Positions 12,530-25,610 of a stretch of 64,000 nucleotides of DNA are shown here, one piece after another. The number at the start of each line of letters is the position of its first letter. Within the stretch, counting starts at the first letter, position 1. The stretch lies in NCBI RefSeq assembly GCF_004010195.1, contig NC_057730.1, positions 27,214,239-27,278,238 of the forward strand. The letters are read 5' to 3'. Under the pieces are notes generated by a model that was not told the origin of the DNA, did not search any database, and worked only from the letters and a program-made list of their open reading frames with translations. A program made the position numbers and the translations under genes. The stretch comes from Chiloscyllium plagiosum. Taxonomy: Eukaryota.

Positions 12530-13345
12530 TAAGGTGATGATATTCATTGAGTGCAAATTTTCATTTCCATGATAAGACCTGGACAATATTTAGGCTTCAG
12601 CATGTGATATTCATGCCACAGAAAATGCCAAACAGTGACCATATCCAATATGAGCCTTAATACCTCCTTTTGACATTCTCTGGGATTATCATAACCAAAA
12701 CGACAACGATCAACATGTTAGGAGTATTAAGAGAAAATTAACTGAACTAAGCACAAATTTATTTCAAAACAGTCAATGATTGTGAATTCTGTGGTAGGTA
12801 ATGGATCTGTTGACTAGCAATGTCTTTCCATCATTAAAGGTCAAATCAGGAGCAAAGCAGAATACTTCCCACATGTTCGGATGAGTTCAACTTCAACAAT
12901 AGTGAGAAACAGAACACATTTCAGGATAAAGCCATCTGCTTGCTTGGCACACCACCTACCATATTAAAATATTCACTTCCTCAACCATTGGCACATGCTA
13001 TTGTGGTGTATGGCATCCAGGTTTTGTACGCCGTCAACTTACCAATGTTTTTACAATGGCACCTCTGAAATCTGCGACCTCTGTATTCTAGAAAACAAAG
13101 ACAATAGACACCTGGGAACATCACAGCTTGTAAATTCTTCTCCAAGTCAAACATCATCTCGGCTTGAAACTATATCACCATTCCTTCACGGTCATAATTT
13201 TGAACTTCCACTCCAACAGCAATATGGGTGTCGCTATACCAAAATGGAGTGCAATGGTCTCTGAAATTCTCTATTATCATTTCCAGGGAACTTAGAGCTA
13301 GGTAATAACTCCTGGTTTGGCTGGCAATGCCCACATCCAATGAAT
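12530..13345 (+). mobile_element. Old shark LINE 3' portion (CR1/L2-like family)
   Basis: Degenerate match to the family also seen at ~20440-20925, 38140-38590, 57055-58100 and 63340-64000. Confidence 0.6.
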
Positions 13346-15249
13346 GGAGATGAGACACAGGTTTAGCCAAACCAGCAATCCTTAAAAGAGATTGCTAGAT
13401 GTTACAGCAATGATCACAAAACCTGTTCTAGGATTATATTATGGAGTCACAAGCACCTGCTAGCTCCATTAAGTGACACTGGCTTTCTGCCCTCTAGGAT
13501 TCCCTCGTCACTGTCAATACCTGAGGCCACCTCGGTAGTGTCAGCCGGAATTCATCAGGCTTCATTATGGCACTGTTTGGCACATCCAACTTATTCCTTG
13601 TATTCAAACAAGACCTGATGTCTCGTTGACCGAGGCATATAAACCTGCATGGAGCAGCCAGCATTCAAGTGACTTGGTTAAAGTTGACAAAAGTCAAATT
13701 CCTGTTCTATTGCTTTGCACATGCTTGGATTTAAATTTAACTTCTACAGGGAGCAAGGTGGACAGTAGTCCACCAGATGAACTTCAATTGAAAAGAACAT
13801 TTGTGGCTTGTGCAATCTACAGTGTCCAGTCTTTGCCTTTGCCAAAGTTGACTTTTACCTTGTTTAACCTCCAATGTGGAGCTTTGGGATTGGATGCCAG
13901 CAGCTAAATTTTAAGTACTAATCTTTTTGGCAAAGTGCAAGTCACATTAAGTTCATTTGAAGGTTTTTCAAAATGAAGCCTAGATATATTTCTCATTGCA
14001 TCTTACCAGATTCACCTCATTAACTACCTCTTCCACCTCGAGGGCATCTCTCACATCTGATTCCATCCCAATTTACCCAGAACAACTCAGCAAATATCTG
14101 TCAAAAGACGAGCATCCTTTGCACCATGTTGTCTTTACAAGGCTGTGTTGCACCCAGATAAGTGTTGGCAATCTGGCATTGCCCCTCACAGGAAGCAGTA
14201 TGGCCTAGCAGTCACAAAGCCATGCTGCTCGAGACATGTAATCATCATTATTGATACTTCCCCTTATGTCCAACACCATTCTCTTTCCCTTGTCCCAGTT
14301 TAGCCAGCAGACCATAGAGTTTACCTGTCCTTAGCTAAATCTCATCTGAACATCCTTTCTAAGTCAGTGTTACCCTCCCCGATGCCCACCATAGACCTGC
14401 ATCATGGAGTATCGCAAACAGGCCCAAGTAATTGGATAAATCTCAAGATGAGGTTTAATTTACAACCAGCAACAATGAACACAAAAAAAATAGAAGCAGT
14501 AACTCACCCTCACAATACAAACTGAACATTGCAATCTTCCTGCCCAGGCTACAGCACTGACCTCGATGCTGGGGGAGGTAACTGAACTGGTGCGATCTTG
14601 TACTACCAGCAATGGTCACTGTCCAGCATTTGTGAGGATACAACAGAGAGATCCCACACAGAATCCTGTAACAGCCAGTCAGACAGACAGGGCCCCGTCA
14701 GCAGCCACTCTCACAGAAATTCAGAGCAGCTGTTATCTTTGCATCCATCAGGAGGATCGCTTCCTGCTCCTGCAGCCTTTAGGTCCCACTCCAGCCTCCA
14801 TGTCACATTACACCTTGCACAGCCCAGACAGCCCCTTTCTGTCCATCTCCCACAAGGAGACCTGACATAGAACTTCCCTCCAACTATCTTCCTTATACTA
14901 GTACATCAAAATGATACCCACTCAGGTATTCTACCCTCCCCATGTGAAGACCACAATGGTGGTTACAGTTAGTAACCTCTGCTCCTGTCACCTACCATGC
15001 TCTCCTTTACCTCCATTCACCCAGAATTTCTCCCATCACCAACCTTGGCCTAGTTGAATTTTGGATTATTTACAAAAGCAGAACTCAGATGGAAGTGTGA
15101 ACATTAAAGGAAACAACACAGACTTGACCAAATAGAAGGTATTCTGTACTCTAGCTAATTACAAATAAATTTATTATTGATTTGACAGTTGTTTCAGTCC
15201 TGGTCAAAGCAACTTGTTCTATCAGAGACAAGATGGCTGTGCGGCTACT

Positions 15250-16040
15250 TAGTCTACTCTACCTACAAAACAATAGGAAGGCAGTGTGCACTGAGTTTCA
15301 GGTAGGAGTTATGCTGTCCAACATGTAAGTGAAGGAAACAAAACACCTGATGAAGGTGTTATCCTATTTGCATATCCAGAGGTATGCAAATACTGAAAAC
15401 AAGGCTCCCTCTGTCAGAATGATTGGCTCTGACACAGTTGGTATTAATGTTCTCAGTAAACCCAGGTTACTGTCAAAAATGGTTTGAAATGTATTTACCT
15501 GCTTTTGGTGTGAGGAGGATTCGGATGGTTCCTGATGACCTCCCATTTAAAGAATGCAGGCTGTCACTCCTCCATCTGATCTCCCAACCAACCCCACCTT
15601 CCCAACATCAAACCTCCCTGTTGTCCAAACACCCTCCTTTGACTCTTATCTCCCAATTCACACACCGCATCTCAAATATCTACAGCCCCCCAACACCCAG
15701 ATGCCATTTGATTTGCAATGTAAGTGGTACTTACTCTTCCTTTGTTCTGCTTTCATGCTGTGCCTGCTCCATTGAAATGAGACACGTGGCTTGAAATCTC
15801 AGAAGCTTCTCACCTCATTATCCTGGTGCAATATTTGGGCTCCCAAAAGTGGGTACACTGAAATTTCTGTCAGATGCAGCAAAGTTAACTGGAATGCCAG
15901 TGACTGCAGGTTGTGCAACTGGGAGCAACTTACACTACCCAGATTTCTAATGAGCTTGATTTAGTAAACAGAAGTGACAGGTCCCCACAAGAAGGAGAAA
16001 ACAAACCCAAACTTAGGCCTTAGAAATGTTAAACCAAATC
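15250..16040 (+). repeat. Copy 1 of a ~0.8-kb local direct repeat
   Basis: Colinear similarity to 18269-19300 (AAGGCAGTGTGCACTGAG; CTGTCCAACATGTA; TCCAAACACCCTCCTTTGACTCTTATCTCC). Confidence 0.85.
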
Positions 16041-16559
16041 TTTTTTCACATGTAGGAGATGAGTTATTCACCACAGATTTCCAACCCTTTGACCTGTTCT
16101 TGTTATCACAATGATGTGGCTGGTCCAGTTCAGTTTCTTGTCAATGGGTAACTCCCAGCATGTTGATAATGGGGAAGTCAATGATGGCAATGTCATTTAA
16201 TGTGAAGGGGTGTTGATTAGATTCTGTCTTGTCGAAGGTTTTTTATTAACCTTTTGAGTGCCCATTGGTTAACTTTCAAAATGCTCCCCACATACTTGTA
16301 AAATAGTATTAACTAACATGAAGCCCATCATCACACCCCCACCCCCGTCAGGCATTATTTAAAGTGACCATGCAGCTTTTAAAGGTTAGTTGATGATTGA
16401 TTGCCATTGGTAAGTGCTTACCTTCTGGGCACTTTTGATGTCACTTATCTCCCTGAAAAGTTTACCTTTTGTGCACAGAGAAATGCTTTTATAGCTGTTG
16501 TACATCAGTCACTTGCCTCACAAATAGTCTGACTGCAGTCATTCGGGGCCTTATCAAGT

Positions 16560-16850
16560 TGCCTTTGGAACAAAGGAGAAGGGTGCGGGTCCCACCAAGA
16601 ATGTGAGCAGGTGCTGAAAGAGAGAGGGAATCATTTTTGACCTTAAGTATATTTGGAAGCAATGCCTATGATGCCTTTTCTTCACCAGGAAGTCTCCTAA
16701 GTCAACAACATTCTGTGCCCAGCTGCAACCATTGCTCAAGCTTTGAACCAAAACATGAATGGCTATCAATGTCACTGTGCCCCTCAACTCACATGGGGTC
16801 AGGCTGGAACAGGTGACATAAGCAACATCTTCCAGACTGCCCCACATTAA
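16560..16850 (+). mobile_element. Harbinger transposase N-terminal remnant
   Basis: Degenerate QCL..LFF / INVTVPLN...G..AGTGDISNI.Q pattern resembling the N-terminus of HARBI1-type transposases. Confidence 0.45.
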
Positions 16851-18268
16851 TGTCTCATGGAAATCACAAGGAAAAAGAAAATCTGGAGAAGCACTTACAT
16901 ATCCTTCCCTCTATTAAAGTAGTTCATTCACCACATTTTATTGTTTTTCAAGATATTTAAAAAGGCAATTGTTCAAACTAAGTTTTATTACAGAGAAAGT
17001 TAATTACAATTTTTACCACAGAGCCATTGGTCAGAGTGAATTCTTTCCTATTAATGGAATGATTAGGGAAAAAAACTCATTCAGTGTGAAAGCTATTGAG
17101 CATGGTTTGAAAGACCTCTTTTCAGAATGGAGATGTAATGAGATTGTTTAGACATCCTGAAAGGATTTATCTCTCCCATTTGCAGCATGCTAGTTCTGCC
17201 AACAAGTGTCGTCAGCGTTGCGTGTACGAACCGTGTGGAATTGGTGGTGGAACTTCAGTTTGGAGCCAGCTAAAAGATACATAGTTTGACTCCTGGCTGA
17301 CTGTGGCTCTAACTTGTTTTTACCTTGTGGCTCTAACTAGCCAGTTTAGAAGAGAATCCATAGATGCCTGAACATGTGTGTTGAGGTCTCTGCCAATCAT
17401 TGTAAACGTAGATTTTTAGCAAACAGAGGAAGAACACCAGTGACTTAGTAATTTAAATTGAGGTCAGCTAGGTCTAGGAAAAGCATCACGGAGGTCCAAG
17501 TACTTCAAAGCACTTCGTAGATTTCACTGTATATACACTATACGCAGTGTCAAGTCAATGCGTTGTGGGATTACGGTCTTTAGAGAGGCAGGAACTTCTT
17601 TCAAGAGACAGGGTGAATTTAGTTTCTGTATTCGGCATTGATGTGAAAGGAAACGTTTACACAAGCATTATACTTGAAATGTAAATAAAGCTGTTACAAA
17701 TACTGACACTCAGATGTCAATTAACATTTGGTTGAATTTAACTACTCACTAATCAATGCCCAGGATACAGAAGAAGGCTGAACGACACAATTATCTTAGG
17801 AACTGATTGTTGATCAGTTGACTTCAGCATTTGATTAATGCTGCAAAACAAGTTCAATGTCAGAACAGCTTAAATTTGCTTTAAAAATTCTTGTAACAAC
17901 AAAACCTTACTCCAGTGGATTTATGTTGAATTCAGTGAGATCAGGAAAATGAATAGTGTGGCAATTGATGTAGCATAGTTGGCTTCAAGAAACAACTGGA
18001 ACTGAGATACCGTACGCATTTTGAAACTGTCCAATAAATATTCGGGCAACAGTCCAGTTCCCGAGGGCTGGTAGATTTGTGCAGGCAAGGAAATTGAATA
18101 TGTATGTGACTGGATGAAACAAGCAGAACATGAGAATTGCTCTGATTTACACCCAAACCCAAAACAGTACTACACTTCTGCCAATATTACCAAACAGGAA
18201 ACAAGTATGTGTTTGAACAAATGGGCTGACACTTCAGCCGCACAGTATTCATTCTTTGGACATTAACC

Positions 18269-19300
18269 AGTCTACTAAGCCTGCAAAACAGAAAGGCAGT
18301 GTGCACTGAGGAGTTACACTGTCCAACATGTAGGTCAAGGAAACAAAACCATTGCACAGTGTTGTTGCCTGAAACAGACACTATCCTATTTGTATATCCA
18401 GAGGTGTGCAGACACTTAACACAAGTAAGAATGATTTGGTCTGAGACAGCTGGTATTGGATTAGATTAGATTAGATTACTTACAGTGTGGAAACAGGCCC
18501 TTCGGCCCAACAAGTCCACACCCACCCATACCCCTACATTTACCCCTTACCAAACACTACGGGCAATTTAGCATGGCCAATTCACCTGACCTGCACATTT
18601 TTGGACTGTGGGAGGAAACCGGAGCACCCGGAGGAAACCCACGCAGACACGGGGAGAACGTGCAAACTCCACACAGTCAGTCGCCTGAGGCGGGAATTGA
18701 ACCCGGGATGTCCTCAGTAAACCTGGGTCACTGTCAAAAAAGTTAATGCTTTGAAATGTATTTACCTGGTTGTAGAGTGAGGAGGAGTGGGAGGGTTCCT
18801 GGTTACCTCACAGCTAAAGAACACAGGCTGTCACTCCATCTGATCATTGCAATTTCAGAACCCCCTTCCCCACCAATCCCATCTCCCCAATATCAAACCT
18901 CCCCGTAGTCCAAACACCCTCCTTTGACTCTTATCTCCTAATTCACACACTGCATCTCAAGTCTCTACATCTTGCCAACACCTAGATGCCACTTACTTTG
19001 CAAGGTAAGTAGTAGCCCCATCTGTGATTACTTGTCCCTCATTCTCATTTCATGCTTCATTGAAATGAGTCACGAGTCTTGAAATCTCAGGGGCTTCTAG
19101 CCTCATGATCCTGGTGCAGTGTAGCTTCTGTCAAATGCAGCAAAGTCAACTGAACTGCCGGTGACTGCAGATCATGTCCTGGTTGGTGACGGGGATGTAG
19201 GAGCACCTTGCATTATCCATGTTTTTAATGAGTCCAATTTGCCAAACCGAAATGACAAATCCCCACAAGGAGAAAATAAGTGAATGTTAGCAAACAATCT
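18269..19300 (+). repeat. Copy 2 of the local direct repeat, interrupted by a SINE
   Basis: Matches 15250-16040; an HE1 SINE sits at ~18460-18707 where copy 1 is continuous. Confidence 0.85.
18460..18707 (-). mobile_element. HE1-type tRNA-derived SINE (young, 5'-truncated)
   Basis: (TTAGA)n tail, body GGAGGAAACCGGAGCACCCGGAGGAAACCCACGCAGACACGGGGAGAACGTGCAAACTCC, B box GGTTCAATTCC on the minus strand. Confidence 0.88.
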
Positions 19301-20251
19301 TGTTATAACCACTCAGAGAATTAAAATTATTTCTTTAACTTCATATTCAAATTATATGCTTGAGATGAGGGTCATTTTCAAAAATGCAAAGATGCCGTTT
19401 ATCATCTTGTGTGTTGTTGTGGAATAATTTTACTGAAAGAACAGATGTTGAAACTGTGTGGAAGAACAGTTGAAGAGGAATTTCAATGCCCACCAGTGTG
19501 AGAGATGGGATTATCATGCAGGGTTGAAGCTGCAACACCCTGGGTTAATGACCATATCTTTGCTGATGTTATTTCTGCTCCCTCACACACTTTTGTTTCC
19601 AACAGTGTGAAAGTTAACACAATTAAGATCAAAAGAGGTTTTAACCCAGAGTGTTTCAGCTACAACTCTGCATGCTAATGAATCTGCATTGTATTGTCAC
19701 ACCATCTAACTCCTCCAACCATTTCGCCTGCCATTAACAGTCTCTGTTCAAAAGGGAAATACGAAACTTAAGTTTACACAAACATTATCAGCATCTTTAT
19801 TTCTGTTGGAAACAGTTTTGATTTAAAGATGTGCTGATACTTTTGCTCATTTGTTCAGGTAGGACAGATGTTTCCTAATTTAACTTCTGAAAGGTCAGAC
19901 TCTTCTTTTAGATTATGCTCCCTCATAGATAGCTGAATCGGTGAAAAGTGTGGCAGGATTGTTGAGAAGGCTATTTTACAAAATAAAATGCAATCATCAG
20001 CTTCATTAACAAACAAACAAATAGCACATTAAAATACAAAAGCAAGCAAAACATTCAAATCACTGATTAGATTTCTGCTGAAGTTTATGTCACTTGTGCC
20101 CATTTCTAAGCACCAGCACTTGTGGAAAGATGTCAAGGGGTTTTATGGAGATTGTATATAGCAGTTCACGAGAATGATATCAGAAACATAAAGCTTCACT
20201 TGTGTGAAAAAAAAAGTACTAGAAAAACCTGCCAACTTTCAAAACCTGTCC

Positions 20252-20437
20252 ACTATCTATAAAGTCAAGAGTGTGGTGCTGGAAAAGCACAGCAGGTCAG
20301 GCAGCACCCAAGCAGCCAGAAACATTGATTCTCCTGCTCCTCGGATGCTGCTTCACCTGCTGTGATTTTCCAGTACCACACTCTCGACTCTGATCTCCAG
20401 CGTCTGTGGTCCTCACTTTCTCCTACTATCTATAAAG
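20252..20437. mobile_element. Penelope-derived fold-back mini-element (family A), 13-bp TSD, ribozyme core deleted
   Basis: TSD ACTATCTATAAAG at 20252-20264 and 20425-20437; inverted arms. Confidence 0.8.
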
Positions 20438-20439
20438 CA

Positions 20440-20925
20440 CGAGCCAAGAGTGTGGTGGAATGTTCCTTACTCCCCTGGATGGGTGCAGCTCCAGAAGTTT
20501 AACACCATCCAGGACAAAATAAGTTGCTTGATTGCCACCACACTACAAAACATTCAGTCCCTCCACCGCAGATGTAGTAATGTGTATCATCTATAAAATG
20601 CACTGCATAATTCACCAAGGATCCTTAGACAGCACCTTCCAAATCTTAAGAACACTACCACATAGTAGAACAAAGGCAGCAGATAAATGGGAACACCAAC
20701 CACCTGCAAGTTCCCCTCCAAGCCACTCATTATCCTGACTTGGAAACATATTACCATCGGCGTCATTGGGACAAAACCCAGGAATTTCCTCCTCAACGGT
20801 GTTGTGGATCTACCGACATCAAATGGACTGTAGCAGTTCAAGAAAGCAGCTCACCACCACCTTCATAAGTACAACTAGGATGGGCAATAAATGCTGGCCC
20901 AGCCAACGACATCCATATCCCATTC
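20440..20925 (+). mobile_element. Shark LINE 3' end (CR1/L2-like)
   Basis: Ends CAGCTCACCACCACCTTC...AGGATGGGCAATAAATGCTGGCCCAGCC; family repeated in the window. Confidence 0.7.
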
Positions 20926-22544
20926 ATGATTTGTCATTTTAAAAAAACGAAAGGTGTAGGTATTCCTAATGGCTTGTGTAGAGTGGAGACAAAAACAGTT
21001 CTGAAGAGTGATTGTAATGCATTGGTGTGAGAGAGCAATAGGATGACCACAAGTGAGAATATTGAATAATTAGACAACAATGTGAGGAGGTAACTGGAGA
21101 AAAAGAAATGAATTGAGTTGTGGGGCACACTGACCTGAGAGATGCTGTGCCGCTGAATACTGCGAATGTTTGAGTTTGGGTTTGGCACAGGGAAGTGTGA
21201 CTTTCTTGAGTGTAAATGTTGAGATTGCTGCTCTTGATTTACTCATCACTACTTCTTGGATGGGCGCGGGGGTTGCCCTCTTGCTCCCATCTTTGAAAAT
21301 GCTTACCCCACTGCAGCCTCTCAGACCCTGCAATAGACCTTCGGGTAAGAATGGGAAACTTCCCAGGTTTCCTCTTCATTCCTGTGGTTGCTGCAGTTTT
21401 GAACCTCCAAGAGTTAATGCAGTTGGGTCAGACTAATTAAAAATCCTTCCGCTGACACAATAGGCACATCTCTCCAACCTTCCCTGAATCGTTGGGGGAT
21501 ATGATGGTGAGATATGAACAGAATGAACCCTGGCAAATCCCTTCAATTATAAAATTGTGTTTCCAACCCACAGAGTTCCATTATTCCAGCAGGGACTAAA
21601 TCTCTAGAGTTCCGTCCAAGAATGTCATGGAAAGTATCCCATGTTACGAGAATGTCCCACCATTCATATTCCTCCAAATATCACTTTTCAATATTAGCAA
21701 TATACTTTTGAGAGCCTTTATTCATTAAAGGTTCTTAAAGTTGTCCAAATAATCCAAAGAAAATCACCTTGATCATTACTTCTCCGACTTAAAGAAAAGC
21801 ACTAATATCTGTATTTTGGTGCTTATCAACCTTGTAAAAGTTATACCTTGGATCCTGCAGATATAAAAGATGCTAAGGGACAAGTACACTGGACACTATC
21901 TTGGTAAGCTTCATGCGTGTGCAATTCTAATGATAACAGGAAAGGTCTTTGCTTCAGTGAAGTAGTTGAAATCTTATTGAGTGCAGCTCTAGTTGCAACC
22001 TCAGGAAAAGATAATGCTTATGGCTTTGAAGGTGACCTGTCCCTTAAGTTTTATTCATCTGGCTCCCACCAGGTTGTGTCTAGAGATACAAGCAAAACCT
22101 TGCACTTTGAAGTAAACTGGCTGAGGTTGTTTGTCATGGTTGAATAGCTGTCAGTGAAGCTTTCAAACGTGTTGTGTGTCAGGGTGAGGGAAAACATATG
22201 GATGTTAGAGTCTTAACTGATAGCCACTGTTAGTAAGTGAGTGATGGATGTCTGGTGAATTGAGCACTGACTGAGTGCTGTTGAATACAGTTGGTAGAAT
22301 AGTCTGAAGGTGAGCTCACTTACTTTGACAACTTACGTGAGACACTAAACTTCATGCTCCCCTGTATCAACGTTCCTGTTATTCACACCATCATCGTGGC
22401 TTTGCACTGTCTTCTGAGCACTTGAGCAAAGGATCATCGGCATAGCAGACATCTCTACTTCTTCCCCCCAATGACATCAAGGAGTCCAGTTCATTTCCAC
22501 AACATGCTGGCTGCCTCATGGGTTCAACCATTGCTCAAGTATTG

Positions 22545-22805
22545 TTGCTCATATTTAAGGATAGGAAAGTGAGCACTGCAAATGCTGGAGATCAGAGTTG
22601 AGAGTGTGGTGCTGGAAAAGCACAGCCAGTCAGGCAACATCTGAGGACCAGGAAAATCAACATTTCGGGCATAAGCCTTTCATCACGAATGAGATTTCAT
22701 TCCTGATGAAGGGCTTAGACCTGAAACATTGATTCTCCTGCTCCTCGGATGCTGTGACCTGCTGTGCTTTTCCAGCACCACACTCTTCGATTGCTCATAT
22801 TTAAG
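22545..22805. mobile_element. Penelope-derived fold-back mini-element (family A), 15-bp TSD, two degenerate hammerhead cores tail-to-tail
   Basis: TSD TTGCTCATATTTAAG at 22545-22559 and 22791-22805; ATTCCTGATGAAGGGCTTAGACCTGAAACATTGATT at ~22699-22735 with an inverted counterpart. Confidence 0.85.
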
Positions 22806-24677
22806 CTTGGGTTAAAAACTTCAATTATATCTAGCAGCGAGAGCGTACTCACACATAAATGGTACAGGCTGCACTAGACACTCTTGTCGGTCAAGATTAG
22901 GTGACGTTTTGGGCAAAAGCCCTTCATCAGGTCCCCTGCTGCCTGTTAACACTTGGTTGCATAAAGATATCAGATGAAGGAATAGGCAGAACAAATTCTG
23001 TGTTGTCTGCAATGTTATGAAGAGACTCAGGTTAATCTCACAGCATGATTCTGACCTGTTTTCAAGTCCTATCCAACTTTATCCCCCTTAATCTGTAACA
23101 GGTCCCTTCTCTATTTTTGTTGTATCTTGGATGTTTTATCTAAAATCCACGCTTTATCTTCTTAACATCACATACTCAATGCAAGTATTAAATGCTTTTT
23201 TATTACACATCAGGAATGTGCAAGTGCAGAAAATACCGAAAATTGCAATCAAAGCTAAGCATTGCTAAATACTATTATATTGTCAAATAAAATCATGGTC
23301 TCAATTTAAAAAATCATACAGCACTCCTTTAACAATTATTCATCTTGTGGGTAATTCAGTCTAAGCATTACCTCTCCCTAGCCCTCAATTGTCCCAATTT
23401 CAATGTTAACTCAAGGGAACCCAATCTTGCAATTTGCTATTCCAAATTCTATAGACCTCTTTAAATTAATTTAATTTCCATTCCTCTGATAAGTATCAGT
23501 GCATTTTACTCTATTTTGATTGTTTCATTAAAAAGTCTATGAAGCATCAAGAGCATGTGTCAGTGCTTTGATTAAAAAGATCAAATCAGTATAGGCTCTC
23601 ACTCTGCTGAACCATATTAACTGTTCCCAGGAGATATGTTGTCAATACGACTGACCACAGTCTAAGCTTCATTCTTCAGTGTATCTTTATCATTTGTCCT
23701 GTAGACTAGTCACTTCACAATTAACATATCACCATCTCACACATAGTCAGTCATTCCCAAGAGTATATCACAAGTGATATCAAATACAATTCATCCCGGC
23801 ACATTCAGTCCATCTTATCCAAAAGCAGGACAATCAGGAGGATAACTGGAAGGCTCTGGAAGTATTTGTGTAGATCTCCATCCCTGCATGGTCATGAACA
23901 ATCTATAAAATCCATCTTTTCATTTCTCAGTGAAAGGGCTGAATTCAGTTGAGACACTGGGGCACCCATGTTGTCTCTTCCTGGGAAAGCTTATGTTACT
24001 GTGGCAGATGTGCCTTCCTCTGAAACCATGACACCATGGATAGATATCCCACCTAGTAAATGCTGATAGGCAATCAGAGGCTGATTGTTCCTGTTCTCAG
24101 CATCACCACGGGAGGGGGTGGGGTGGGGGGGGATTTATGCTTCCAGAATCCCAGGATCATGTTGGATCCAGCATATAAGATAAGTCACGTTGGAGTTGGT
24201 GACCGGGCTTTTTCAGGTTACAGGGAAGGGTTGTTTGAGTTAGATGTAAGGACAAGGTGTGGCTCCGAGTGCACATCCTGCTGTCTGATGTCCAGCCCCT
24301 CAATAAGCCGCTGATTTCCACTCACCAAGGGGACAAGCAGCTTCGCAACAGTAGTGAATTACTCATAGTAAAAGGTGGGTTAATCCCAATCATAGCAGCT
24401 GAGGGCCCTAAGTGGTTTTTAATGGGTTGAAAAGCAGCAGTGTGATAATTGCACAAAAATTATTGGCGCTATGAGATCCTGCTAAGTCCACCTGTGATAA
24501 TCATGGACCCTGCAATGATTTAGCAATGTCACTGATCTGGCTTCAATTTGCAGGCAATTCATTAGCCAAGAATACACAATAAAAATCATAGCCTCAAAGA
24601 ATCGTGATCATTCTATTGTGAGCACTGATTGCCTCCTTGTTATGTCAGCTAAGTAAATGTGATCAGATAAATAAAAT

Positions 24678-24972
24678 CATAGAATCCCTACAGTGTGAAA
24701 ACGGCCATTGTATCCATGCTGATCCTCTGAAGAGCATCCAACTCAGATTCAATCCCATAACCACTCCTTGTAACCCTGCATTTCTCATGGCCAGTCTATC
24801 TAATCTGCACATCTTTGGACAGTGAAAGGAGACCACAGAATCCAGAGGAAACCCATGCAGACAGGGGGAAAATATGCAAACTCCACACGGACAGTCACAC
24901 AAGAGTGGAATCGAACCTGGATCCCTGGCACTGTGAGGCAGCAGTGATCACCATTGAGCCATCGTGCCACTC
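24678..24972 (-). mobile_element. HE1-type SINE (older copy)
   Basis: CATAGAATCCCTACAGTG tail, central body and tRNA-like head. Confidence 0.8.
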
Positions 24973-25029
24973 CTAATGTCACCAAAACCCCTGACATCAG
25001 AACCTACTCAAGTTAGGACTTGAAGGCAG

Positions 25030-25610
25030 TGCTTCAGAGCTGCTACTTTTACACACTGAACTGTAAGCATATGGGGACATGGTCTGTAATGTGCAGGGGT
25101 GGCTCTTCCTTGGGAGTGATGGGATGGCTATCATGAGGGTTGATCGGCAGACTTCTACTTCTCGAATTTGGTTTTACAATATACGTTTGGCTAAAGGAAC
25201 ATACCTCCATACTGCTTATTACAATGACCTCCTTAGAAAATCGCTTGCCACATGAGTGAAGGTGTAACATTTCTGATAGGCTGACGGCATCCTGCAGGGG
25301 ACTGCTGCACTGCCTGCCAACATTTACTCATCTTCCTGGTTGTCATCCAATTCTCCTCAGTCTGTGTAGCCCTCTCTGGTGGTGTGACCAGCTCGCTAAA
25401 TGTGCTATCCATAGCATTCTCAGCCTCATGGCTGCTCCATGGTGAGTCCACTTGCAGATCCAGGTGTTCCAAGCAGCAAATCAGGAGCTGCAGCTGAACC
25501 CATTTTCTACAAACGTAGTCACTATGGAGACTGGAAATGTTCCTGCTTTTCCACACATTGCAAGAGGAGCATTCCACCAGACTGAAGCTTAACACAAACA
25601 ATAAACCAAC
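25030..25610 (-). mobile_element. CR1 LINE ORF1 fragment (zinc finger/leucine zipper)
   Basis: ORF 25233-25601: VECSSCNVW...DYVCRKWVQLQLL...LDLQVD...DSTFSELVTP...WMTTRK. Confidence 0.8.
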
